64,000 nt of DNA from positions 24,670 to 88,669 of the forward strand of contig JAQVUX010000007.1 of the NCBI GenBank assembly GCA_028699255.1. Direction: 5' to 3'. The stretch is from Candidatus Omnitrophota bacterium. GTDB taxonomy: Bacteria; Omnitrophota; Gorgyraeia; 2-01-FULL-45-10. Positions within the stretch are counted from its first letter, which is position 1. Every line of letters begins with the position of its first letter. The position numbers and the translations under genes are program-made. Positions 47,956 through 58,775 of the stretch are shown piece by piece. The notes under the pieces are model-generated. The model was given only the letters and a program-made list of their open reading frames with translations. It did no database searches and was not told the origin of the DNA.

Positions 47956-49412
47956 TGTCGCCTTCCGATCCAGGTATTTGTCGCCGCGTAGTGCCATTCG
48001 ACTCCGGGAATTGCCGGACGGGAAGCGTAACTACCGCGAACTATCAACCTGTCCTGCGAACGCATCCTGGCAACCCACGGCGCGAACGCTTTGCCTGATT
48101 CATAGTTCCAGTGTATCTTCCTTAGTATCGCGAGATCCTCCGGCGGCATCATCGCCGGCTCAAAACCCAGTATATATTTCCACGGCGCCTTCGGGTTTTT
48201 AAAGAATGTCTGGTAGAAGACATTCATGTCGTCGCTGTATATTATGCCGCCCGGCTCAGGAAGCCATTCGGCCTGTTTCGGATCTTCCCGAGACAGGTAT
48301 TCCGCGGTGAGGTTATAAGTCCATCGGCTGTTTACGTCGGAGCCGGCGGCCAGGAATAATACTGCCGATACGGCTACCGCTACCGCGGCTCTGCGCCATG
48401 ACATGGGATCGAGAACTTCGGTAAATACGCCGTTAATCTCGGCCATTATCCAGAATATTGCCGCTGTCATGCCCCAGTCGGTCCAGAAACGGGACGCGAG
48501 AAACCCAAAAGCCCATCCCGTCACGGCAAGTATAAATATCGGGTTATCGATAACTTTTACGTCCCACTTGCCACGCGCCTTACGCCAGATAAGCATACTG
48601 AGGACAAGGAGCACGGTTATTGCATCGCCGCCAAACGGCTGGAACTCTCCGACGAGAAGGCGCCTGGCCTGCACATCTCCGAAAGCGAGCATCATATGGG
48701 TCAGTGTCTGTTTGAGAAAAAGATACGGATGGCCCGTGAGCGAAGCGCCGGCCAAAATACCTATGCTTACGCATATCGCGAAACGGAGCCCTGCGCGCCA
48801 CTGCCGCGCGAGGAAGAAGCAGGCAACCGGCAACGCAAAAAGATACCAGCTGGCGTGTATCCACGTCGAGAGAGCGACAAGCGCGGTGATAATGCCCATA
48901 ACGGCAAACGGCGCGCTCTTCTCTTTAAGACGCGGCCACAAGAAACAGAGCGTCAATATAACGGCCATCGTAAAGATATAGGGCCGTCCGAGGAAAAGCC
49001 GTATCATAAGATGCGGCGCGCAAACTACGACGGCCAGAAGCGCAACAAGCCATGCTTCGGGGAAATCAAGGAAAAATATAGGAATAATGCAGAACAATAT
49101 AAATAAAGCCGTGACGGAAAAAAATACGAGAGTATCCGGGCCGCATCCTATTGCGCGCTGGACGGCGCCCAGGATAGCGTGCCAGCCCGGATGACTGTCC
49201 ATTTTGAATTCCGGGCGCAGAACGAGTATTTGGTCCCACGCCTTGCCGGAAATGACTTTGGCTGAATGGCGCAGGGCGTCGTCGGGCGGCAAAAAACCGT
49301 AAGACATGACCTTAAGCGGTATGCATACGATAACCGCGACAGCGAGGCAAAAAACCACTACAGGGATGAACTCTCTTACGGCATCGAGCGCTTTATAGTT
49401 TTTTTGCGGCAT
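47952..49412 (-). CDS. polytopic membrane protein, paralog of 23842..25284 (candidate pilin-modifying enzyme)
   Basis: 486 aa; shares 'GFLPPDDALRHSAKVISGK' loop and C-terminal periplasmic domain with the paralog; abuts a pilin gene. Confidence 0.5.
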   Translation of the reverse strand: MPQKNYKALDAVREFIPVVVFCLAVAVIVCIPLKVMSYGFLPPDDALRHSAKVISGKAWDQILVLRPEFKMDSHPGWHAILGAVQRAIGCGPDTLVFFSVTALFILFCIIPIFFLDFPEAWLVALLAVVVCAPHLMIRLFLGRPYIFTMAVILTLCFLWPRLKEKSAPFAVMGIITALVALSTWIHASWYLFALPVACFFLARQWRAGLRFAICVSIGILAGASLTGHPYLFLKQTLTHMMLAFGDVQARRLLVGEFQPFGGDAITVLLVLSMLIWRKARGKWDVKVIDNPIFILAVTGWAFGFLASRFWTDWGMTAAIFWIMAEINGVFTEVLDPMSWRRAAVAVAVSAVLFLAAGSDVNSRWTYNLTAEYLSREDPKQAEWLPEPGGIIYSDDMNVFYQTFFKNPKAPWKYILGFEPAMMPPEDLAILRKIHWNYESGKAFAPWVARMRSQDRLIVRGSYASRPAIPGVEWHYAATNTWIGRRQ

Positions 49413-49471
49413 AATCCCCTTTTAATTATAAGAGATAATATTACATTTATTTCGCCCCGTTGTCAATGTAG

Positions 49472-49500
49472 TTGACATGGGCGGCATTATCAATTAAAAT
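49472..49500 (+). promoter_or_regulatory. consensus sigma70 promoter with overlapping palindrome
   Basis: TTGACA-17nt-TAAAAT; palindrome TTGTCAAtgtagTTGACA spans the -35; AGGAG RBS 10 nt before the ATG at 49538. Confidence 0.55.
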
Positions 49501-49537
49501 GAAACGCACTACGAAAAAAATAGGAGAAAAAAACGAC

Positions 49538-50989
49538 ATGATAGAGTTCAAAAATAAAGTTCTTATTATAGGTTACGGTTCGGTATGTAAATGCGTGCTA
49601 CCCATATTATTTAAACACGTCCGCATCCCTTATAAAAATGTAACGATAATCGATTTTGAAGATAAGCGCGAAGAACTGCGTGAATGGATCAGGAAAGGCA
49701 TTACGTACCGCCGCGAAAAGATAACGCCCTCGAACATAACTCACGTCCTGGCTAAATATGTTTCGTCGGGCGGGCTTATAATAGACCTGGCGTGGAACAT
49801 CTCCTGTATCGACATACTTACCTGGTGCCACAATAACCATGTACTTTATATCAACACCTCCGTCGAAGAATGGGACCCGTATACAAACATAGAAGCAAAG
49901 CCACCCCTCGAAAAATCGCTTTATTACAGGCATATGGAACTGCGCCAGGTAACGAGCAGTTGGGAAAACTCGGCGATTACCGCTATAGTCGATCATGGGG
50001 CGAACCCCGGACTCATCTCGCATTTTACGAAGAAAGGCCTTATAGATATAGCGGGTAAACTAATACGCGATAAAGCGGTTACCAAAAAAGACGCTAAAGA
50101 ACTCGAAGGCCTTATGCGCGAAAAAGATTTCGCCAATCTTTCAATGAAACTCGAAGTTAAAACTATCCATTGCTCCGAACGCGACACTCAGGTCACAAAC
50201 AGGCCGAAGGAAGTCGGCGAGTTCGTCGGAACCTGGTCGATCGAAGGCTTGAGGGAGGAAGGCATATCACCGGCTGAGATGGGATGGGGCACTCACGAAA
50301 AGATGCTTCCACCATTCGCCAACGCGGCAAGTTACGGCCCCGGCAACCAGATATTTATTTCACAGATGGGTATGAACACATGGGTCCGCTCCTGGGTTCC
50401 TGGTTATGAAATTATTGGCATGGTCATAAGGCATGGTGAAGCGTTCTCGATATCGGAGAAGCTTACCGTCTGGAAAAACGGAAAGCCCATATACAGGCCG
50501 ACAGTCCATTACGCCTACATGCCATGCAATGAAACACTAACTTCACTCTACGAACTTCGCTGTAGAAACTACGACCTCCAGCCAAAGCTCCGCATAATGT
50601 CGGACGAGATAACCGGCGGTGAAGACATCCTCGGCGCGCTCATAATGGGACACAAGTATAATTCGTGGTGGACCGGGAGCGTTCTCAGCGTAGATGAATC
50701 AAGAAAACTCGTCCCCCACCAGAACGCGACAACGATGCAGGTCGCTATTGGCGTCGTCTCCGCTACAACGTGGATGATAGAAAATCCGCACAAGGGCGTC
50801 TGCGTGCCCGACGACCTGCCTCATGATTACATACTGGATATAGCAAAACCGTATCTTGGGAAGCTGGTGTCGCAACCTTACAACTGGACGCCGCTCACCA
50901 ATTACAGGGCATTCTTTAAGGAGAATCCAAACTCCTCGCTCGATACGAAAAACCTCTGGTGCTTCAAGAACTTCATGTTCAGGGATTAA
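49538..50989 (+). CDS. saccharopine-dehydrogenase-family polyamine enzyme (homospermidine synthase-like / carboxy(nor)spermidine dehydrogenase-like)
   Basis: 483 aa; Rossmann 'VLIIGYGSVC'; 'DHGANPGLISHF' block. Start reassigned from 49472 because that ATG lies inside the -35 box. Confidence 0.5.
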   Translation: MIEFKNKVLIIGYGSVCKCVLPILFKHVRIPYKNVTIIDFEDKREELREWIRKGITYRREKITPSNITHVLAKYVSSGGLIIDLAWNISCIDILTWCHNNHVLYINTSVEEWDPYTNIEAKPPLEKSLYYRHMELRQVTSSWENSAITAIVDHGANPGLISHFTKKGLIDIAGKLIRDKAVTKKDAKELEGLMREKDFANLSMKLEVKTIHCSERDTQVTNRPKEVGEFVGTWSIEGLREEGISPAEMGWGTHEKMLPPFANAASYGPGNQIFISQMGMNTWVRSWVPGYEIIGMVIRHGEAFSISEKLTVWKNGKPIYRPTVHYAYMPCNETLTSLYELRCRNYDLQPKLRIMSDEITGGEDILGALIMGHKYNSWWTGSVLSVDESRKLVPHQNATTMQVAIGVVSATTWMIENPHKGVCVPDDLPHDYILDIAKPYLGKLVSQPYNWTPLTNYRAFFKENPNSSLDTKNLWCFKNFMFRD

Positions 50990-50991
50990 TC

Positions 50992-52134
50992 ATGGAAGAG
51001 ATAAACTTACCGGAATTAAAAAAGATCGCGGAAAAGAACGGTACGCCCGTATTGGTAATAGATCACGAGAAGATACGGCAGAACTATAAGGAGTTTCGCG
51101 AAGCTCTGCCGCGCATACAGGCCTATTACGCGGTCAAGGCTAACTCCACCCCGGAGATCGTGGAAACACTCTATAAGCTGGGCGCGAGTTTCGATGTCGC
51201 CTCGTTCCCGGAGTTCCGCATCGTTTACGAGAATATAAAGAATATGCCCTCCAAAGAGCGGCAGGATTTCATCTGGGACAAGATAATTTACGCCAACACG
51301 ATAAAACAGGTCGAGACATTGCGTGAGCTCGACGTATATAAGCCGCTCGTTACCTTCGATAATCCCGAGGAATTGAAGAAGATAGTAAAAGACGCGCCGC
51401 ACGCAGGGCTCGTCTTACGCATACGCGTCCCGAACACCGGATCGATGGTCGAGCTTTCATCAAAGTTCGGAGCGGATCCCAGTGAAGCGGTAGACCTGAT
51501 AATAGAAGCGTTCAAATCCGGGCTTGTGGTCGAGGGTATAAGTTTTCACGTCGGAAGCCAGTGTAATAATTTCGAAAATTATATGCAGGCTCTGCAAATG
51601 TCGTCGGACATAATGAGAGAGGCCGCATCGCGCGGGCACAAGATAAACATATTGGACATAGGCGGCGGCTTCCCGGTCAGATATAACAGCAAAGTGAAAG
51701 CTTTCAAGACCCTGGCTCGCAAATTAAATACCGAGATAAACAGGTTATTCCCAAAAGATATCGAAATACTCGCGGAGCCCGGACGGTTCATGGTGGCCAA
51801 TGCCGGTACACTTGTAGCCAAGGTCATAGGAAAGGCTATCCGCGACGAGAAGACGTGCTACTACATAGACGATGGCATCTATCACACCTTCTCGGGGATC
51901 CTTTTCGACCACTGCACCTATCCTCTGAAGGCGTTCAAAGATGGCGAGACAAAAGTATCGGCCGTATTCGGGCCGACCTGCGACGCACTCGATACCATAT
52001 CTATCGCCGAGGAGCTTCCGGAGCTTGAGATAGGCGATCTGGTCTACGCGGAAAATATCGGGGCATATTCAATAGCGTCTTCGACATACTTTAATGGCTT
52101 CCCGCCGGCAAAAGTAGTGCATATCAATAAATAA
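50992..52134 (+). CDS. fold-III PLP-dependent decarboxylase (ornithine/DAP/carboxy(nor)spermidine decarboxylase family)
   Basis: 'YAVKAN' PLP-lysine motif; 'GGGFPV' motif; start at 'MEEINLPEL'. Confidence 0.7.
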   Translation: MEEINLPELKKIAEKNGTPVLVIDHEKIRQNYKEFREALPRIQAYYAVKANSTPEIVETLYKLGASFDVASFPEFRIVYENIKNMPSKERQDFIWDKIIYANTIKQVETLRELDVYKPLVTFDNPEELKKIVKDAPHAGLVLRIRVPNTGSMVELSSKFGADPSEAVDLIIEAFKSGLVVEGISFHVGSQCNNFENYMQALQMSSDIMREAASRGHKINILDIGGGFPVRYNSKVKAFKTLARKLNTEINRLFPKDIEILAEPGRFMVANAGTLVAKVIGKAIRDEKTCYYIDDGIYHTFSGILFDHCTYPLKAFKDGETKVSAVFGPTCDALDTISIAEELPELEIGDLVYAENIGAYSIASSTYFNGFPPAKVVHINK

Positions 52135-52163
52135 CATCCGTCATTGCGAGCGAAGTAATACAT

Positions 52164-52198
52164 TAAAAAAGCTATGGCTTTAAGCCATAGCTTTTTTA
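52164..52198. terminator. bidirectional Rho-independent terminator
   Basis: AAAAAA-agctatggc-tttaa-gccatagct-TTTTTT perfect hairpin flanked by A and T tracts; serves the plus-strand decarboxylase gene and the minus-strand tRNA-fMet. Confidence 0.7.
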
Positions 52199-52244
52199 AT
52201 TTGGTAGCGGGGGTCCGATTCGAACGGACGACCTTTGGGTTATG

Positions 52245-52866
52245 CTTACCACTACAGCTTTCGCTGCCTCCGAGCTATCGGAGTTTGTAGTCCGGACTAT
52301 ACCTTCATCCTATATGCTATCAGGATGCCTGCCGTCTAGTCTCTACACCTTCCCGCCGGTATTCTGACGGGCTTGGCTCGGTATTACCATTTCAGGCTTC
52401 ACCGAGTTTGACAGGTTTTCATTTAGCCGTTACCGGCTAAACAGCCCTTGGACAATAATTCCCATCGCTCTTTATACATCGCCGATCTAGGTTTACGTTG
52501 CCGCTTCTTCGTCTCTACCAAGCTGATACCGCTCTTATAGGTAGAAAATTCAAAAAACGGGATAACGTAAAATTTTTCCAACCGCTCGATGTACACTATT
52601 GCAAAGTCAAAGTCGTTTTCGCCATAACGCGATCTTAACATACGCCGGCGATTCGTCTTTGTCCTGCGGGTATCGACAGTATAACTACCATTGTAATACC
52701 ACGCGCTCTTCACCTGTATTTTTAGAAGCTTCCCACCTACATCGAGTGCAAGATCATAGGGCAATCTATCCCCTACCGGCCTTAGCACTCTGAAGCCTCT
52801 TTTGAGTAGCGCGGTTACAACGGCAGACTCTGCAATATCAGCTTTGAGCTTTGTGTCCATAACTTG
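52245..52866 (-). mobile_element. group I-like intron (622 nt) in the tRNA-fMet anticodon loop
   Basis: 5' exon ends in U and the intron ends in G. 3' region carries R-like 'GAGACUAGACGG' and S-like 'AAGGUAUAGUCC' elements that can form P7, plus a P-like 'CGGCGGGAAGG'. An ORF fills the 5' two-thirds. Confidence 0.65.
52423..52860 (-). CDS. intron-encoded PD-(D/E)xK nuclease (homing endonuclease candidate)
   Basis: 145 aa; 'AESAVVTALLKRGFRV...YDLALDVGGKLLKIQVK' restriction-endonuclease-like core (D...D...QxK); basic C-terminal region; lies wholly inside the intron. Confidence 0.6.
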   Translation of the reverse strand: MDTKLKADIAESAVVTALLKRGFRVLRPVGDRLPYDLALDVGGKLLKIQVKSAWYYNGSYTVDTRRTKTNRRRMLRSRYGENDFDFAIVYIERLEKFYVIPFFEFSTYKSGISLVETKKRQRKPRSAMYKERWELLSKGCLAGNG

Positions 52867-52910
52867 AGCCCAACGAGCTACCAGGCTGCTCCACCCCGCA
52901 ATGTAATTTT

Positions 52911-52940
52911 ATTATAACAAAATACGTCGGAGTATTGCAA
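52911..52940 (-). promoter_or_regulatory. sigma70 promoter of tRNA-fMet
   Basis: Minus strand TTGCAA-18nt-TATAAT ending about 9 nt before the mature tRNA 5' end. Confidence 0.55.
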
Positions 52941-52953
52941 CTCTTATTATTTA

Positions 52954-55096
<2,143 letters not shown>

Positions 55097-55113
55097 CCGC
55101 GCACCTTCTTCTA

Positions 55114-55428
55114 TTATATTAACGACTTTATCTTGCTCTCGATCGCTTCTTTCGAATTTACGCCGGTGATCCTGGCGGCCTCTTTGCCGTCCTTGAAAAG
55201 GACGAGCGTCGGTATATTCATTATGGATAATTCCGTCGCTATCTCGGGGAATTCATCGACGTTCGACTTCATCACTTTGAGCTCACTTCCCATCTCATGA
55301 GCTATCCGCTCCACCGACGGGGCAATGATCTTGCAGGGCATACACCACGGCGCCCAGAAATCGACAAGCACCGGTTTTAACGACCTCAAAACCTCTTCCT
55401 CAAAACTCTCCTGAGTTAACTCCAACAT
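55114..55428 (-). CDS. thioredoxin with variant CMPC active site
   Basis: 'DFWAPWCMPCK' active site; start taken at 'MLELTQ', preceded by a G-rich SD. Confidence 0.75.
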   Translation of the reverse strand: MLELTQESFEEEVLRSLKPVLVDFWAPWCMPCKIIAPSVERIAHEMGSELKVMKSNVDEFPEIATELSIMNIPTLVLFKDGKEAARITGVNSKEAIESKIKSLI

Positions 55429-55556
55429 CTTTACCCTACCCCCTATTTTCTGCAACATTATAAAGGCTGGTTTTTTGCAGGATCCGGCCTATTTGCAAAT
55501 GATGCTTGAAGCCATATTATAAAGCTTATCACGCCATCTTTCAAGCCTGATATTCA

Positions 55557-55585
55557 TTGACAATCGCAAGCAGGTATTGTATCTT
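55557..55585 (+). promoter_or_regulatory. sigma70 promoter for the small Cys-rich ORF
   Basis: TTGACA-17nt-TATCTT; GAGGT RBS 6 nt before the ATG at 55605. Confidence 0.45.
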
Positions 55586-55604
55586 ATATTCAAACGAGGT
55601 AACT

Positions 55605-55778
55605 ATGGCACAAAATCAAATAAATTGCTGCGAATCATGCCAGGTATATTGGACCTGCGAGACCAAATGGTACCGCGGCGAAAAGGGCGAAGAGAATCTC
55701 TGTTGCCCCATCTGCAATTACTTCATCACCTGCACCGAAAAGGCTAAAGCCTCGAAGTGTCATGGCGCGAAGAAGTAA
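55605..55778 (+). CDS. small cysteine-rich protein (57 aa, 9 Cys)
   Basis: 'MAQNQINCCESCQVYWTCETKWYRGEKGEENLCCPICNYFITCTEKAKASKCHGAKK'; good promoter and RBS; 3' end overlaps the convergent MFS gene by 35 nt. Confidence 0.4.
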   Translation: MAQNQINCCESCQVYWTCETKWYRGEKGEENLCCPICNYFITCTEKAKASKCHGAKK

Positions 55779-57012
55779 TCAGCCGCACCACCCCGCATAT
55801 AAAGTATACGAAACCTACTGATATTATTATCCAGAATCTGTCTATGAATTTCGCCGCGTACGCGGCTACGAACATAAACACGAGAAATGCCAGGTGTATC
55901 ACAGCCTCGAGCGAACTAAATATCCTCCCCCTGACCTCTTCGGGCATAGTTTCGTGAGCCAGCGTATTGGTCGTAAGCATTATCGGACTCACTGCCGCGC
56001 CGAGTAACCCTATGAGGATGCCACCCAGGAAAATACTGGGATGATGATTCACCACTATCGTAAATACTATTATAGCCAGCCCGGTCGCGATGAAACTTAA
56101 ATGTATCGCCTTCTGTCTTGAAAACTTCTGGCAGAATTTACCATAAAGCATCGACCCGATAAGAAGCCCGCCCACAAGGAACATCCCTAAAAACCCGAGA
56201 TCTCTGGTCGAAGTACCGAACGCGCTCTGTATAAATACGATTATGACGCACGATATCGTGCCGATGCCGGCCATGAGGAGAAAAAATACGTAAACCACGA
56301 ACCGCATCTCTTTATATTTCGTAAGATACCCCAAGCCTTCTTTTATTTCACTGAATATCGTCCGCCTGAGCGAATTATCGATAGCCTGCCCGGTCACGGC
56401 CAGGTCTTCCCTGACATCCGCGGCAAAAGAACGATTCGCTATCATCGCTATGAGCGCGGCGGATAAGAAGAAGGTGAGGCTATCGATGTAGAAACCGCCT
56501 ATCGCCCCGATAAACGCTATATTCACTATCACACCGGCCACGACGAGTCCGACGACGTTACCTATCATATGAGTCGCGTCATTGAGCGTATTGGCTACGA
56601 GCAGTTTATCTTTAGGAACGAGTTCCGGTATGAGCGCCATCTTCGATGGTATAAAGAAACGCGCTATCGAGAATATCAGGAATATGGCAAGATATACGAG
56701 GAGTATCTGGTTGGCGCGGATGAATAGCGGTATTAAGAGCACCAGGGTGCCCCTCAATATGTCCGATATCACCATTATCTTGCGACGGTCGAGCCTGTCG
56801 ACCCACGCTCCGGCTATGGGGCCTACGACAAATACCGGGATTATTGTAAAAGATATGAGTTTGGCCAGCGCCATCTCGGAACCGGGATTACGCTGGTAAA
56901 CGAGCGCTACGAGCGCCATCTGGTTTAAGCGATCCCCGAAATTGGATATCACCTGTCCGAGCCAGAGAAAAAAGAAGTTTTTGTTTGTAAGTACGTCCCG
57001 AAAGTGCGTCAT
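55744..57012 (-). CDS. MFS transporter
   Basis: 422 aa, 12 TM, MFS motif region 'GPIAGAWVDRLDRRK'. Confidence 0.8.
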   Translation of the reverse strand: MTHFRDVLTNKNFFFLWLGQVISNFGDRLNQMALVALVYQRNPGSEMALAKLISFTIIPVFVVGPIAGAWVDRLDRRKIMVISDILRGTLVLLIPLFIRANQILLVYLAIFLIFSIARFFIPSKMALIPELVPKDKLLVANTLNDATHMIGNVVGLVVAGVIVNIAFIGAIGGFYIDSLTFFLSAALIAMIANRSFAADVREDLAVTGQAIDNSLRRTIFSEIKEGLGYLTKYKEMRFVVYVFFLLMAGIGTISCVIIVFIQSAFGTSTRDLGFLGMFLVGGLLIGSMLYGKFCQKFSRQKAIHLSFIATGLAIIVFTIVVNHHPSIFLGGILIGLLGAAVSPIMLTTNTLAHETMPEEVRGRIFSSLEAVIHLAFLVFMFVAAYAAKFIDRFWIIISVGFVYFICGVVRLITSSRHDTSRL

Positions 57013-58227
57013 CTATATTATTTTTCCGTCTGAAGCCGTGGCATCGATGCCCGGAGGGGACTTGTGCCACTTATACCCGCCTGCGGCATCCTGATATCCC
57101 CTGTCGAAAAGTCGTCTCATCGCCTTTGGATCGAACATCTCCTTGTTATTCTGTACAAAATCGGAAGGAATGAACGCGAGATTGTAATCGGTACCGCGCT
57201 GTCTGGCAAACGTGTATATCCTGTACGCGTCGCCGATGCCCTGCGAATCGATGATCGCATCAAATGATCTCTGGGCGAGCGATATCAGGTTATCGTCCAC
57301 TCTCTTATACACCGGTGTCATGTAGCCGTTGCGTATCACATAGATTTTGCCTTTGATCTTGGCAGGATTTATACCCAGACCTTTCGCGGCATGCGCCATA
57401 CCCTCTAAAAGGTTATAGGTAGTAAATACCTGAGTAAGCGTTCCGCCATCAACGTGAATCTCATCGTATATTTTCCCGTCCACTTCAACATGAAATACAG
57501 ACGGCGGGAATATCATCGGTATTGCGGCCGAAGCAACAATAACCTTGCGGAATAATTCCACATCACCCCTGCATGCTATGACCCCCATATCCCATATAAC
57601 AAAACGTTGTGTGTCAAGATTGGCTGTGCCTACAAAAAGACGCCGCCCCCGCCTGTGCTGAACGGCTATTTTATCCAATATGTCCTTATTAACCATTTTC
57701 GCTATCGTCCTGGCGAGCGGCGCGTTACTTACCAGGGAATCTCCAAATAACGCCATGAGCGGAGGCTTGAGCCCGATAACGTCCTTCGTCGACATGTTCG
57801 TATAACACATTTCCAATTCATCGTCATAATCTTTGCCCAGGAAAACGAATGGAGCTATGATGGCCCCGGTGCTTACCCCTGTTATGACTTTAAATAACGG
57901 ACGCGTTCCAGCCTCCGACCAACCCTTCAATAACCCGGCGCCATAAGCGCCGTTAGCGCCGCCGCCTGATATGGCAAGAAGCACGTATTCTTTTGTGCCG
58001 TCGCGGCCGGTCGGAAAATCTTTAGGGTCCTCCTCTTTGACCGACATCAGCAAGTTCTCCTGCAATGCCGTCTTAGTCTCGCCCTGCATTATGCGTATCC
58101 CGTCCACATTGCTGATCCTGGCCTTCATAATAAGATCGGGAGGCACAGGATGACGTATCGTTGCGCATCCGGAAGCGGCAAAAAATAGAGAGGTGGAAAT
58201 GAGGAGTGAGGGTATTACCTTCTTCAT
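57013..58227 (-). CDS. patatin-like phospholipase, lipoprotein
   Basis: 'GGGANGAYGAG', 'GVSTGA' (GxSxG) and 'DGG' patatin motifs. Start taken at 'MKKVIPSLLISTSLFFAASGC' (lipobox). Confidence 0.7.
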   Translation of the reverse strand: MKKVIPSLLISTSLFFAASGCATIRHPVPPDLIMKARISNVDGIRIMQGETKTALQENLLMSVKEEDPKDFPTGRDGTKEYVLLAISGGGANGAYGAGLLKGWSEAGTRPLFKVITGVSTGAIIAPFVFLGKDYDDELEMCYTNMSTKDVIGLKPPLMALFGDSLVSNAPLARTIAKMVNKDILDKIAVQHRRGRRLFVGTANLDTQRFVIWDMGVIACRGDVELFRKVIVASAAIPMIFPPSVFHVEVDGKIYDEIHVDGGTLTQVFTTYNLLEGMAHAAKGLGINPAKIKGKIYVIRNGYMTPVYKRVDDNLISLAQRSFDAIIDSQGIGDAYRIYTFARQRGTDYNLAFIPSDFVQNNKEMFDPKAMRRLFDRGYQDAAGGYKWHKSPPGIDATASDGKII

Positions 58228-58369
58228 AGTAATGACCTTTTCGGTATGCTTATTTGTAGAATAGGACTCGCAATCAACCCGCAAACTACCATGTGCTTCG
58301 TAGCACCAATTAACTTTGTTGTAATCTCTACGAAGCCTCATCCCGTCTCACTATAATAGCGGAGTAGGA

Positions 58370-58445
58370 TGGAGCTGGCGAATGGATTCGAACCATCGAC
58401 CTGCGGTTTACGAAACCGCTGCTCTACCAACTGAGCTACGCCAGC
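58370..58445 (-). tRNA. tRNA-Thr(CGU)
   Basis: 76-nt cloverleaf GCTGGCG...CGCCAGCTCCA; anticodon loop TTCGTAA; GTTCGAATC T-loop. Confidence 0.85.
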
Positions 58446-58775
58446 ACGCGTATTCTTACTCAAACAATTCAATGCGCATAGCAGTCTCTCCGAAGCTCGA
58501 CTCTTACCTAACTGCCTTAAGAGCGAAGGAGGACCAACTGCCCCGCCATCTGTCTTACTCATGGCGGGGTCCCGCCCCCTGTTTTACTCCGGGCGGGAAG
58601 CTACGCCAGCACGCGTATTCTTACTCAAACAATTCAATGCGCATAGCAGTCTCTCCGAAGCTCGACTCTTACCTAACTGCCTTAAGAGCGAAGGAGGACC
58701 AACTGCCCCGCCATCTGTCTTACTCATGGCGGGGTCCCGCCCCCTGTTTTACTCCGGGCGGGAAGCTACGCCAGC
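58446..58775. repeat. perfect tandem duplication, 2 x 165 bp, directly upstream of tRNA-Thr
   Basis: Copies 58446..58610 and 58611..58775 are identical. Each ends with the first 12 nt of the tRNA (GCTGGCGTAGCT on the minus strand) and contains two hairpins with similar loops. Confidence 0.85.

Larger units (their letters stand above)
52202..52900 (-). tRNA. initiator tRNA-fMet(CAU) gene interrupted by an intron between U33 and C34 (exons 52867..52900 and 52202..52244)
   Basis: Joined exons give TGCGGGGTGGAGCAGCCTGGTAGCTCGTTGGGCT|CATAACCCAAAGGTCGTCCGTTCGAATCGGACCCCCGCTACCA. This has an unpaired 1:72, three G:C pairs in the anticodon stem, a CUCAUAA loop, and is near-identical to E. coli tRNA-fMet. 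Confidence 0.8.

Noticed and set aside
49472-49537. N-terminal 22-aa extension of the saccharopine-dehydrogenase-family ORF (start at 49472)
   Set aside because: That ATG lies inside the -35 hexamer of a consensus promoter. The ATG at 49538 has an AGGAG RBS at the correct spacing.
52202-52245. Integrase attachment-site remnant (3' tRNA half marking a genomic-island boundary)
   Set aside because: This was considered because only the 3' half of tRNA-fMet is present here. It was discarded once the exact 5' half was located 622 bp away on the same strand with U|...G intron boundaries and R/S group-I elements. The flanking genes (ftsB, eno) are housekeeping and there is no integrase.
52202-52560. 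tmRNA (ssrA) hypothesis for the tRNA-like 3' end at 52202
   Set aside because: The acceptor 3' strand CCCCGCU lacks the G3:U70 alanine identity pair. No tag-peptide frame ending in ...ALAA is present. The matching 5' half of a tRNA-fMet was found at 52867..52900 instead.
57013-58341. Patatin-like phospholipase as a CBASS/defence effector
   Set aside because: It has a signal peptide with a lipobox, indicating an exported lipoprotein. No cyclase or other defence partner genes are adjacent; it neighbours an MFS transporter instead.
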